Assembly: GCF_006345805.1 (NCBI RefSeq)
Contig: NC_043000.1
Span: 106,764,001-106,828,000 of the forward strand
Direction: 5' to 3'
Length of the DNA: 64,000 bases
Source of the DNA: Octopus sinensis
Taxonomy: Eukaryota
How positions within the stretch are numbered: the first letter of the stretch is position 1; the number at the start of each line of letters is the position of its first letter. The notes below the pieces were generated by a model. The model was not told the origin of the DNA. It was given only the letters and a program-made list of their open reading frames with translations, and did no database searches. This document shows positions 14,292-27,731 of the stretch, one piece after another. A program made the translations under genes and the position numbers.

Positions 14292-14590
14292 ATATATATA
14301 TGTATGCTTACATTTTTATCCGCGCACACGCACGCACGCATACATACATGTATGCACACTTTTACATCCGCCTACACACAGTTAAACACACACACACGCA
14401 CACTCTTTCACATTCACCCATGCGTTCGTATATGCATATCAAAACATACAAATGTCGACTTTCAATGGTTGAAGCAGAATTTCAACAGAATTAATTTCAT
14501 CTGCTTGAGACGATTTACAGAGACCATAGACATACTACCTCCTTCCAGAACATTGTTTGTATTCGTACTGTACAGATGTGTTGAAATATG

Positions 14591-14993
14591 CTTACTCTTT
14601 ACTCTCTTTTACTCTTTTACTTGTTTCAGTCATTTGACTGCGGTCATGCTGGAGCAACTCGACCCCGGGACTAATTCTTTTGTAAGCCCAGTACTTATTC
14701 TATCGGTCTCTTTTGCCGAACCGCTAAGTGACGGGGACGTAAACACACCAGCATCGGTTATCAAACAATGCTAGGGGGACAGACACAGACACACAAACAT
14801 ACACGCACACATATATATATATATACATATATACGACGGGCTTCTTTCAGTTTCCGTCTACCAAATCCACTCACAAGGCATTGGTCGGCCCGGGGCTATA
14901 GCAGAAGACACTTGCCCAAGGTGCCACGCAGTGGGACTGAACCCGGAACCATGTGGTTGGTTAGCAAGCTACTTACCACACAGCCACTCCTGC
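14591..14993 (-). mobile_element. Family A tRNA-derived SINE, full length with internal microsatellite
   Basis: Head gcaggagtggctgtgtggtaagtagc...ggttccgggttcagtcccactgcg; tail gcatgaccgcagtcaaatgactgaaac(aagtaaaagag)n. Confidence 0.92.
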
Positions 14994-15252
14994 TTGTATA
15001 TTCATAGAATGTAAGTTGAACACTTTGACGTAGATTTTGTTGAGATAGTATAGCAAGTTCGGCACAAAGGTTTCGACTTCTTTGCCCGCTTTTAGAATTC
15101 ATTTTTTCATCTCGTGTGATTGCTAGTAACAGAAAGACTCCGGAATTTTACACCGTCTGATCAGATCCAAAATTCAATTCTCGAAAAATAACATTCTGTT
15201 GCGGAAGGACATACTTTGAATCATGATCATGCATGGTTACTTTGTAATATAG

Positions 15253-15320
<68 letters not shown>

Positions 15321-15374
15321 ACACATATGCATACATACATACGTATACATATATATATATATGCATACATACAG

Positions 15375-15435
<61 letters not shown>

Positions 15436-15593
15436 TTCAGCAAAAATTTTGATTCAAATGAATATGGTACTTAATTTAGATGCACCAGAATTCTGTATGG
15501 TGTTATCCATAAAAATCCGTGGGGTGATTATAATCAAAATAAGCAACAAGAATGACTCCGGAGTCATTCATGTTGCTTATTTTGATATACATA

Positions 15594-15640
<47 letters not shown>

Positions 15641-15953
15641 CTATATATGTCTGTAGGTACATATGCAAATATGTATGCATGTGTATATGAGTGCATTGTA
15701 TGTAGGCATGTATGTATGTGAACATATTTCTTTTTAAGGGAATATATATAGAAAACAAATTAAAATCGAACTGAATATTTACTCAAAACATTTTAGTAGA
15801 GTGCATCTTAATCAATTTTTACACCAGAAAGATTGGTATTATTCGGGCTCATTAGACATGGCGCAGTAGAGGCTGGCAGCCGGAACTTCGCATTCCTTAT
15901 CAATCATTATTTTGTAAAACTTAATATACCTCTGTGTGTATGTGTGTGTGTGT

Positions 15954-16001
<48 letters not shown>

Positions 16002-16568
16002 ACACACACACATATATATATACAAACATAAATGCACACACATACATATATGTATGTATGCATATACGTATATATCTTTATATATATATATATAAAGTTG
16101 TATGCATATATATATAAAGTTGTATACATATACATATATATATATATATATATATACATATATACGTACATGCTAGCATGAATTCATACATACATGCATA
16201 CCCACACACACACGCACGCACGCATACATATATATACTTATAGATTTATTCATCTCATATTACATTCATAAATATTTTTATATCTAAATTCGATATATTT
16301 TATACAAGAGGAAATACTCATTGATTGCTCCAGTACTTATTTATTCACAGAACACAAAGTTCCGATATCCTTTTCATATTTATACATCACCTCGAATTAA
16401 ACGATTTAATTCACGTCTGATAACAAGAATACATCAATCTGTTCGTAACTAGACCGGAACTACGTAGAATCTCCGCTAATCTAGATATAATAGTATTGTC
16501 AAGAGGATATTGGTCTTGGCAATTTGGTAGTTTGGCAATCCGAAGATACTCCGTAAAATTATCATATG

Positions 16569-16600
<32 letters not shown>

Positions 16601-16702
16601 TGTATGTATGTATGTATGTATGTATGTATGTATGCATGTATATATGTATGCGCGAACATTCGTATATCTCTGTATGTACATATATATCTGTCCCTATATG
16701 TG

Positions 16703-16768
<66 letters not shown>

Positions 16769-17593
16769 ACATAAATATGAAAGACTCCACTTATGACATA
16801 TCCCTTGAATTACAGGGATATGTCGTATGGAGTCTTATTTGTAGAAAATAGAAATAAACTGTCTTTGACTGCTATTTCTAATTTTTTTGGTATGTGGCTA
16901 AGCAACCTGTTGCTTGCCTTTTTTTTTTATTTATATACAAAATATATATTGAACTTTTATAGAAGTTCCTACCGTTAATGGTTATATTTACATTCCGAAA
17001 TCTACCAGTAAATAATTGTTGGTTTTTTAAAAACCGTTAACGCTATTGTTTACTCTTATTATATACATAAATATGTATATGTGTGCGTGTGTACGCATGT
17101 ATATGTATATACATACACAGGTATACACACATCTCACATTCAGACAGACACTCACATACACACACATACATAGTGGGCTGTCAGATAAATTCGTTCCTTT
17201 TTTTTTCTTATTTAATTCTTTTTAATGTTTGAATTAAAATGGAAAATATTTATCGCGATAATTTATTATTTTTCTGTAGCTCTATTGTTCCCTTTCAAAC
17301 TTTTCTTCCTTGTTTTTGAAATTTGAATATATTCTGTTTGTTTCCTGATATATGACAACGGAGTGGTAAGTAGAAAAAATATATATCATATATATATATA
17401 TAAATATAAATTTGCTCTTGAGAACAGAAGATCTCGAAGCACCCAATGTTATAAATAATGGCGTATAAGTAATGGGTTAAAAGCCGTTTGGATACACGCC
17501 ATTATTCATAGGCTCATGTGCTTGGAGATTCACTACTCCAAAAATAATTATTATTTCATATTTTCTCGAAAGTTCATAAATACTCATAACGTC

Positions 17594-17645
<52 letters not shown>

Positions 17646-18634
17646 TAAACACACACACACACACACAAACATATGCATACACAAACACATGCACGCTCAC
17701 ACACACACACATATAAATGCACACACACACCGGAAAGTTGATCATAGATAGTTATTTCTTTAGCCACAGTTCAACCTTGATTTAGCAGACGTCTGATTGA
17801 AGCTGTTCTGACCGTTATTTCTCTGTCTTTTTATATATCTGCATAATATATAATTACATTATTTCATTAGTAAATATATCGTTTCGGTTTTATACTATGT
17901 TGTCATTGTTGATTATTGTAACCTTAGGTCGTTCCTTACTGAGTTGAACTGCAGTCAAAAAACATTGATGTGATTACCCTAAACTTTATTTAGACATAGT
18001 GGATCTTGACTACATTAGCCGAACAAGTTTTGTTTTATGTCGGTAGAAGACATAGGCTCGGTAACAGGGGATACTGGGGTGCAAGCATACCCCCTAAAAT
18101 TTATGTAGGGCAAGGAAAATGCTTTGAACATCCTCCTGAAAAACCTGGATTTTCATTTCATAAGCAAATTTCATTCTGGCACTTATGGTAGCGTGTCATT
18201 TGCGGGAGATTTTGCTGCAATTTCCAACTTGTGGATAAACTTCGTAACGATTCCCAGGTTAGTTTGTAGAATGATAATCTATTAATATGCCGTAATCGAA
18301 ATATTTTTGCCCTTTAGACAATATTTCCAACCGATATGAAAGAAATGAAGAATTGTAAGTTTACACCTTAGCGAAAAACATTTCGGCTGTGAGCTAAATT
18401 GTTCCATTTATGGACTGGAATCGGCTTGCGAATTGAACCATCGAAATTTTGTTGACAAAATAGCGTGAAAATCGACAGTAAGAATATTTTCTGATATATG
18501 TATTTATCCTTATAGTTATTGAGGATCGAAGTCGGGGTCGTAAGCTCTGCCTATCGAAGCTGTCCGCTATTTCGTTGCACACACGGATAAAATTTTTCCG
18601 TCATTTGTATTGAACGAGCTAAGAAATAACTCAC

Positions 18635-18745
18635 CAGGTATACAGTGCTCTTTACAGCATAGAACCCTATATTTCTGTTGGCAGTTCGAAAATAGAACGT
18701 AAGCGTTACCATTATATGAGATTTTCTTTACCGCAGACACAAGAC
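18635..18745 (-). CDS. Possible 111-nt Cys-containing cassette exon (G-LVSAVKKISYNGNAYVLFSNCQQKYRVLCCKEHCIP)
   Basis: Perfect donor CTG|gtgagt, open phase 1-1 frame in non-repetitive DNA; the acceptor (aaaaatccaag) is weak. Confidence 0.15.
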
Positions 18746-19727
18746 CTTGGATTTTTACGAGGTTATAATTGATTAAATTGCTACAAATCCTTAACTCATA
18801 CTTTATTGTATCGATGCAAGGAAAATAAAATATGTTGCTAGTTTGGGAGAAATTTGAACTCAAGATATAAAGGGCCATGGCAAAATAAAAAAGAAATGTG
18901 TGTAGGGAAAGAAAGAGGGAGAGAAAGAAAGAGAGAGATTCAAACGAACGTTACTGGCTGCACCCGCATGTACATCCACATACATACTCTCTCACACCTC
19001 TCACACATATACGAACGGTTTTGGCACATGTACACATACACAGACGATAGTTAACTGTTTGTGGGTGTATTTATCACCAAAATTCTTTTAAAAATATAAG
19101 GCGTTGTTGTTGCGTTAAGCTAATATTTTTTGTGATAGCTGCATTTACGTATAACTCTCAGCTGCAAGTAGACTGGACAGGGTCGTTCAGCCCACTACTG
19201 TTAGCAGTGGAAGCATAACAAGATATATCAATGTGTTTTGTCCGATTCTCTATGAACTCTTTTTGGTGTTCATCCGACCATAACAACGGGCATCACTAAC
19301 AGCTGTAATATTGACGATACAAATAACGTTGAAGCCATTTTCGAGAGGCAAACTGAGGTTTTGACATGATCAACATATATATTTTTATTCCAATCAATAT
19401 ATAATCGCTATTTATTTTATAGACCTAAAGGGAAAAGGAAATGGTCTCGGAAGAATGAAATATCAAATAAAGTAGCGACTAGCATTCAGAAAATTTCACC
19501 AGTGGTTCAGTGATTTTCACCTAAAAGCGCAGAAACTTAACATAGCTGTTAGGTAAACAACAAGCCTCTCTCTCTCTTTCTTTCTCATTCTCGCTCTCTC
19601 TCTATTTCTCTCTCTCTCCTTCTCTCTCTCTCTCTCACGCCCATACCTACACACACACATATATATTTATATATATGACTTTAAAAGAAGAAAAAGACAT
19701 CTTAGACAACATCGGATATATATTCGG

Positions 19728-19771
<44 letters not shown>

Positions 19772-20093
19772 AAATGAGATAGTCACGATGAAATAACAAG
19801 GACCATAGTTCAGCTCAATTAAGTCTTATCTGGAATTTAACATCATCAACAACAAAAACAGTTGCAGTAACAAGGACAAGTTATTTCTGAACTCTCAAAA
19901 TGGCCACGAATTTATTTCAAACCTACCGGAAGTCATGAATAGGACACTGAAAGTTACAGAAGAAATATTCATAATGATTCTTTATCACATACTAAACATT
20001 AATGGGATTAGTAAGTGTGTGCGTGTATGTATGTATGTATGTATGTATGTATGTATGTATGTATGCATGTATGCATGTATGTATGTATGTATG

Positions 20094-20124
<31 letters not shown>

Positions 20125-20126
20125 TG

Positions 20127-20162
<36 letters not shown>

Positions 20163-20783
20163 ATATATATAATATATATATATGTGTGTGTGTGTATATA
20201 TATGCACGCACACATATACGTACAAGACAAAACTCAGAGCATTTAGTTTAAAATGTGGGCTTAATTTAATAATGTATTTTTTAGAAACTTAACGATTAAT
20301 TCATTTACTTGAACACGCAATACCATTGTAATGGACAACACTGAAAATAAAACTATTTAAACCGTTAGACATAGTAAAAAAATAAAATTAATAAATACGT
20401 AAAATAAATATTCACGAATAGCATACTATTAGAAAGAATATCATTTCTTTTCTTTCCGTTTTGGAAAGTTAAATGATATAAGAAATATTCCTAGAGCCAC
20501 AAACACGCAACTCTCAAACCAACCTAGTAACGTGTCAATATTTAGTTTATAAATAACACCTTTGTCTTGTAACGTGTTATAGATTTATATAGGCGCTTTC
20601 GAGACATACGTGCGTAATAGACAAACGCAGAGCAGGATAAAACGTGCTTTAACACAGCGATTGTTATGTACAGGGGCTTATATTGACGTATTTGATCTAC
20701 GCAGTGGTAATAATCCCATTCAAGTATTGTGTATAAGCTAGATACGCCCATCCATAAAGACGTTACAAAGGCTATGGATCAAT

Positions 20784-20817
<34 letters not shown>

Positions 20818-21018
20818 ATTTATTGTATCATATTATATACATACATACAAATGTATATATATATATATATATATATATTACAATTAATAAGAGAAATGAC
20901 CACTAAAGTGGATTCTTATACGCTAGAGATAGACGTCAAATCGCCCTACCTCAAAGAGTGTGTTCTCAAGAACAAATACCCAGCAAACGCCAAAATCTTA
21001 TATATATATATTTATATG

Positions 21019-21228
21019 AACAATAATACAGATGGGTTGAGTTTCACTGCAGCTATTCCAGACGTATTCTTTATTGAGGAACAAAAGCGTTACATCATGC
21101 AAAAAATAAAATAAAATAAAAAGAACCGTTTTCTTCAGGCGAATAAAGAGAAAATTTAACACAGTGCAAAATAACCCTTCCAACTAGGTTACAGCTATAG
21201 TGAACCTCAAACCATCAGTGTTATTGTT
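21019..21228. mobile_element. Small MITE-like element, 36-bp imperfect TIRs
   Basis: aacaataatacagatgggttgagtttcactgcagct vs agctatagtgaacctcaaaccatcagtgttattgtt; 6 mismatches in 36. Confidence 0.65.
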
Positions 21229-21496
21229 TATTCTTCTCCTAACTCGGAACATTCCATACGTTTGAATCTGAAGCCCATAGTTTGCCGTGGAATACGTGCA
21301 GTGAGTATACCTCTGTGTGACTTCAAATACACATTGTGTATTCTGTTAGCACTCGTGGACGTGTGCATAACTGGAATGACAAATCCGTTTTTACTTTAGT
21401 AAGTACGTATATATCAATACACATTGTTAGTGCACTGGTGCATGCTCTCCGATTCTACCATGGTGCTTTTACTATTTAAATACCTGACTCTATCGG

Positions 21497-21878
21497 AACC
21501 ATGTGGTTCCAAGTTCAGTCCCACTGCGTGGTACTTGGCACAAGCGACTTCTACTATACCCTCGGGCCGACCAAACCCTTGTGAATGGATTTGGTAGACA
21601 GAAACTGAGAGAAGCCTGTCATATATATGTATATGTATATATGTATGTATGTGTGTGTGTCTGTGTGTCTATGTTTGACACCCCCACCACCATCGCGTGA
21701 CAACTGATGTTGGTGTGTTTACTACCCCGTAACCTAGCGGTTCGGCAAGAGAGACTGATAGAATAAGTACAACTCTTACAAAGAATAAGTCCTGGGGTCA
21801 ATTTTTTCGACTAAAAAACCTCTAAGGCGGTGCTCCAGCATGGCTGCAGTTAAATGGCTAAGACAAGTAAGGGAAAAT
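21497..21878 (+). mobile_element. Family A SINE
   Basis: Head, internal microsatellite and tail all recognisable. Confidence 0.9.
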
Positions 21879-22788
21879 GTATGTATGTATGTATGTATGT
21901 ATGTATGTATGTATGTATGTATGTATGTATGATAGCCAATTACCTGGAGAACCAGAAAATTAACGAAACAATAAGTTGTAATGTGTTATAGCAACCTTCC
22001 TTCAGTTAAAAACACGGGTTTGCTGTTTGGAAGTTCGCTTCTCAACCACTTGATTTCTTATTCTGTTCCACTGAATTTTAGTGCCTTCTGCTATGGCTCT
22101 AGAATGACCAATGTTATGTGAGTTTGATAGAGGCAAACTGCGTGGAAACCCGTCGTGTGTACATGAACAATTTGACCTAAGGACTTATTCTTTGTAAGCC
22201 TAGTTCTTATTCTATCGGGTACTTTTGCCGAACTACTAAGTTACGGGAACGTAAACACACCAACATCGGCTGTGTGGATATTCTAGAACGGGTTAGATCA
22301 TGTTTGCTGCTTTTCGTCCCCATTTTTCATTTTTCTTGTTCTATTCCCTCAAATTCACCCTATAATACAATTTGTACCTGTCTTACTACATTTTGTTAAC
22401 TTATATATTCATGAGTTTGTACCGGCATGACTTATCTCTGTCTTCATTTTTAAGTAGACTGTGTTTAAGTACACATACTGAACGTTTAAGGACGTATGAT
22501 CTTTGCAACTTAATTTATTAGATGAATTTTTTCCTTTAATAAATCTCAAAAGACAAAATATAAGAGCAATAAATCTAGCTAAGTAAGAGTTACAAAGTTG
22601 CATTCTATGAACGATACATTTCTTCTCTTCAAAGAAACAAGCGTGGTCACATCTTATCAGATTTTCTTCTCATACGAGTTCTCTCTGAGCAATCTTCTAT
22701 CTTCTTCAACATTAATTTGTTATTCAGACAGGTCTTGCTTCTTACACGAAACCAGTGGGAGCTTCCATATTAATAATTGTTATACTTA

Positions 22789-22821
<33 letters not shown>

Positions 22822-23576
22822 CATCTAAGTACCCAACGTCAGAGATAAATATGACTACTCATACTTGTCAAATGAGAGAGTATATTAATCGAAGTATCCA
22901 GTAATGGAGTAATGGATATATAATACTGTGCACTTCCATGGAAGCAAAGCTTCCCTTAAATATTATAGAAACAAAATTGAAACTATATTTCTTATTTTTC
23001 ATAAAATCGTTCTAATGTTCTGTAAAATTAATATAAACTACATGACATCATAGGCTTAAGACTTTTATTGTCGGAATTAGCACGAGACGTCAAGCAGTGG
23101 CAGACGACACAAAATATATGTGCAAGGGAAGCAACACGAGCTGTTGCATCCTTCTCGGTGTAATATTTTAACATTTTTTCCGATAAAAATGCCAGAAGGA
23201 CAATTTTTTTCTAGTAAGAACTGATAACGAATAGTTTTAGATGTTAATAAGTACTTATACGCTTAGATTGAGTTTCCGTCAATTCGCAGTACCTACGATA
23301 TAAATAATATTACGTTGTTATGTAACACTTACATAAGAAATAGGAAGCAAGTTGATATTCTGCTTCCATCAGAAAAACGGTGAAAAGAGAACACACGCGT
23401 AGTTTTCTGCGTTTATTCAACTAATATTTTATACTTCTTGTAATTACAGAACATCTTTAATATAAAATGCGATTTTTAATTTTAAAAATAGCTGTATAAT
23501 CTCAATTTGATTCAAATATCTATGTGACAGAAAATTTGGTCATTGCTTCCCCAACCAGAAAGATCACCGCACTCCC

Positions 23577-23677
<101 letters not shown>

Positions 23678-23804
23678 ATCACCGTGATCCCCGTGACCGA
23701 CCAGCTATCAGATATTGCTACACATCGCTGGTCACAATGCGCTTTGCATTGTTTTAGCCCTCAAATGACGCCACCCCGCTGGCTAAGCAAGCAGGTCAAT
23801 ATAT

Positions 23805-23876
<72 letters not shown>

Positions 23877-23878
23877 AT

Positions 23879-23913
<35 letters not shown>

Positions 23914-24091
23914 AAGGCATAAAAACAAATGGCGTTTAAAATTTACAACTGTTTCGACAGAATTTAATTAATTTAATGCAGTCATAAAAGATTACATCAT
24001 CGATTATCATAAAGTAAAATTTTAAACAGACAAGATTTTAACCATCGACCTGGACATAGCTACTCATTCTGGGGAACACGAGGCCAATGAT

Positions 24092-24134
<43 letters not shown>

Positions 24135-24199
24135 GTACATACATACTTACACATGCAAACCATACAATCGCAGAAATATATGAAATTCGTCATACTTAC

Positions 24200-24436
24200 C
24201 CACAATGCTGTATACTTGTTGTTTCTTACTGAAGATATCTTTCGGGTGTAACAATTTATCATTGAACGTCGCACTGGAAAGAATGGCGTTATAATGTTCC
24301 TTGAACAATCGTTCATTTCGTTTCCCCAGTCTCGGAAAGTTTCCCTTTGGTTTGGCATTTGCGTAATAGAGGGCATAGTTAAGCTGGCTCAGCAAGAGCA
24401 GCAAAAATGCTAAAATCATGTAATATTGGAAACGAC
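24200..24436 (-). CDS. Internal exon of a PRXamide (pleurin/ETH/pyrokinin-like) neuropeptide precursor; likely ATG at 24419-24417
   Basis: Strong acceptor (ttttattttgttctgttttttcag|G) and donor (GTGG|gtaagtat) flank a stop-free 237-nt phase 1-1 exon. Translation: MILAFLLLLLSQLNYALYYANAKPKGNFPRL-G-KR-NERLFKEHYNAILSSATFNDKLLHPKDIFSKKQQVYSIV, i.e. hydrophobic signal peptide, FPRL, amidation Gly and dibasic site. Confidence 0.85.
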
Positions 24437-25028
24437 CTGAAAAAACAGAACAAAATAAAATAATAGAAAATGCATTAAACATAAATTATGAATATTGACA
24501 CACGGCCAAATGTTTCGAGGAGTGCCTATTTTATGGAGACCCGAATGTTTAAAAATCAAAAATCGACTTAGGTTGGTTAGAAGTCAGTATATATAAGGAA
24601 GTTATTTATGCGTTGAATCTTGTTTTAATCATTGTATGCTTTTATGTTCTTGTTTTTACATAATCTTAAGGCGTTCATTGCATAAAGTCTATAACATGTC
24701 GACCTTAGAAAGTAATATTCTATTTGTGTATTGAGTACATTTTAAAATTTTGTTGCTTATTTCTAAAATCATTCCAAAGGAAATCGATAGACAAAATGAT
24801 TATTTGCCTGCTTGGGAAGAGATGAAGGTTGGCGACATGAAGAGCTGCCAGCTGTAGTAAGTCTGCCTCAACGAATTCCGTCTGACCTACGCAACTATGG
24901 GAAAGTAAATGTTAAAGCAATGACGATGATAATGATAATAATACATAAGAACTCATGTATATGTATATATATTTATGTATATATGTGTATGTTCGTGTCT
25001 GCAACTATGTTTATACTGGTTAACTAGT

Positions 25029-25129
<101 letters not shown>

Positions 25130-25564
25130 GTCCTTTTATGTGCAGTACATTAGCGACTCGATAACGAGATACCGATATAGGTACGTGACTGGAATGAAAT
25201 TACTAAAAAAAATGAATTAGTAATCACTCTCTCCCTTTCTCTTTATACACACACACACACAGGTGTACATACATATATACTTATGTGCATACATACATAA
25301 ATATATATGCACAGACAGAGAAACATACGCACACATATATATGGGATGTAGTTAAATTTGACTTATAGCAATAAATGAAACTGATATTAACTAAATGATG
25401 AAATGGCAAATATATGCATGTGTAAATATATATATTAAAAAAGATATCATAACAGAATATTATAACATACAATACGAAGTTTATTGCTCATTTAAGTTTT
25501 AATGGTTCACTGAATTGACAGATGAGATGACAGGGATAAGTAGGCACTTAGACGAATAATAATA

Positions 25565-25595
<31 letters not shown>

Positions 25596-25644
25596 TAATA
25601 ATAATAATAATAATAATAACTACTACAACAACAACAATAATAAT

Positions 25645-26070
25645 AAGTTTATAGATATTGCAATACCTGGGGATGCACGAATAACTGACAAAGAACTAGA
25701 AAATATTGAAAAGTACAGACTACTAAAAGACAAAATTACAAGAATGTGAACTATGAGGAGAGTGTATGTCATTCTAGTAGTTGTAGGGGGCACTCGGATC
25801 ACTAACAACCAAGTTCAAGAAATATGTCAGAGAAATCGGATTTGACATGAGAGTAGAGCAATTCCAAAAGAGTGCGCTGCTGGAAACAGCAAGGATTTTG
25901 AGAATGGTACTTGGATGTTGAATGTCTCCCACGGTAATGAACAACCAAGTACCAAAGCTTAAAATGTGCCGTGAGAGACCCTGTGAGACTTCTGACAGCA
26001 GGATGCTGTCTGATCTCACAGAATCTATCAGAGCAAAGAAGATCGAGCGCTCTGAGAAGGAAAATACCAA
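25645..26070 (+). mobile_element. Dong/R4-clade LINE 3' fragment (restriction-like endonuclease and 3' UTR)
   Basis: IDIAIPGDARITDKELENIEKY...VVVGALG...QKSALLETARILRMVL; begins immediately after a (TAA)n array. Confidence 0.85.
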
Positions 26071-26169
26071 AAACAACAATAAATAAAAAAAATACTTTCT
26101 AATCGATGTATCAATACCAATAGAGAAAAACTTCGAGCAAGATCAAAAACTTAACAGAAGAAATGACAG

Positions 26170-26807
26170 ACCCTTCTGAAGTTCCAAGTGTTATGCATAC
26201 AGAATTTCCTGCAAATGTCATGGTTTTAGGGGTTGTCAACAATGAAGGACATGTGATGCTTCCTTACTTCTTTCCACAAGACCTTAGAATTAACTCTGTC
26301 ACCTACATTGAGATCCTGGCAATAACTGTTAAGCCTGGATAGACAGTGTATGCAATGGAAGGTCATATGTGTTTCAGTAAGACCCTGCACTATCACAGAT
26401 GGCTCTAGTAACACAGGAGTGGATGGCTGAAAATTTCCATGATCACATACCCCCTAACATTTGGCCTCTTAATTCCCCAGATCTCAATCCATTGGACTAT
26501 TACATGTGGAGTGTTGTCGAGAGAGAGAGGTCAATGAACACGCCCATAACACCAAATGTTCTTTGAAAGCTGCCATAGTCAGAGTAATGTCCAAAATTAA
26601 CCAGGACTACTTGATTTAAGCATGTGGGTTATTTAGATCTCAGATAGAACCAGTGTTGAAGCTAAAGGTGGCTTTATTGAATAATATTATAGAAAAGAAG
26701 ATTTATGTTTATCCTCATAGCATTTTTTGATAAATACTTATCATCAGTTATTATATATCTGTTTTTTTATAAACATAAACCTGTCCACAAATATCTTACG
26801 CACTCTG
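26170..26807 (+). mobile_element. Tc1/mariner maT-like (DD37D-type) transposon 3' half with right TIR
   Basis: PANVMVLGVVNNEG.VMLPYFF...YVFQ*D...WP.NSPDLNPLDYYMWSVVE...GGFIE with stops and frameshifts; ends ...cgcactctg followed by TA. Confidence 0.9.
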
Positions 26808-26837
26808 TATATATATATATATATATATATAATTTTT

Positions 26838-27522
26838 ATTTCATAAACACAGTACATGTTTTTATGTATTAATATTAGTCTCATGTGTTGAGAGCATATC
26901 AGACAGTATCTTTTAACACGTCTGGTGTTCTAGCACAATCATCAGGCACTGCCCATATGGCATAACGAACTAAAAAGGAGCCGATAGGATGAGAGAAAAA
27001 ACGAAAAATGGCGAGAAACAAGTAAATATAAAGGTGGAATGTTGAAAAACTAGAAAACGAAAGAGAAAACAGAAAGAGGCAAAATAGAGGAATTAGAGTT
27101 GTTTCCCCTCAGATCGTAAAATATTAGGCTGGAAAGATAGTGACTTAGAGTCTATGGTGCAGTTGTTCAATCCGGAGAGGGTGGCACTTTCCAATTCGTC
27201 AACAGGAACTTAGCCATATGCTTACAACTGCTAAAAATTTCGGATCAAGAATTCAACAGTGTGCTTGTGATCTTAGAACTGAAAAGGATCTGAGTTCTTT
27301 CACTTACGCATAGCTTACATTTTTTATCCGTTAACATATGGTGTGGATTTTTCGACTAATTTCCACTTTATCCTAAATGGTGTAGTAATAGACCGCCACA
27401 CTACATACAATAAAGTAATTGCATTAGGACCCCTGACGTGTTAAAAAATATATTGTCTGGCATGCTCTCAGCACCTGAAGCTAATAGTAACACATAAAAA
27501 CATATAATGTGTTTATCAAATA
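26838..27522. mobile_element. Old MITE with ~100-bp imperfect TIRs
   Basis: atttcataaacac...gtgttgagagcatatcagacag...ttaacacgtc matches the reverse complement of ~27418-27522, with many mismatches. Confidence 0.7.
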
Positions 27523-27630
27523 ATATTTACCTCTCACCAGAGGGACAACTTTTTTGTTGATCTTACAATCATGGAACAGTACATTATATACACATACATA
27601 CATGCATACACACACACACACACACACCAT

Positions 27631-27691
<61 letters not shown>

Positions 27692-27697
27692 GTGTGT

Positions 27698-27731
<34 letters not shown>

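Noticed and set aside
19150-19280. RTKHIDI (Copia RNase H-like) on -
   Set aside because: Flanking residues do not fit the Copia motif and no LTR or RT sequence is nearby.
18476-21400. Plus-strand microexon and short-intron candidates (gtaag/gtgagt at ~18478, 18540, 21302, 21400)
   Set aside because: Implied introns are 38-49 nt, and such donor hexamers are expected many times by chance in 64 kb.
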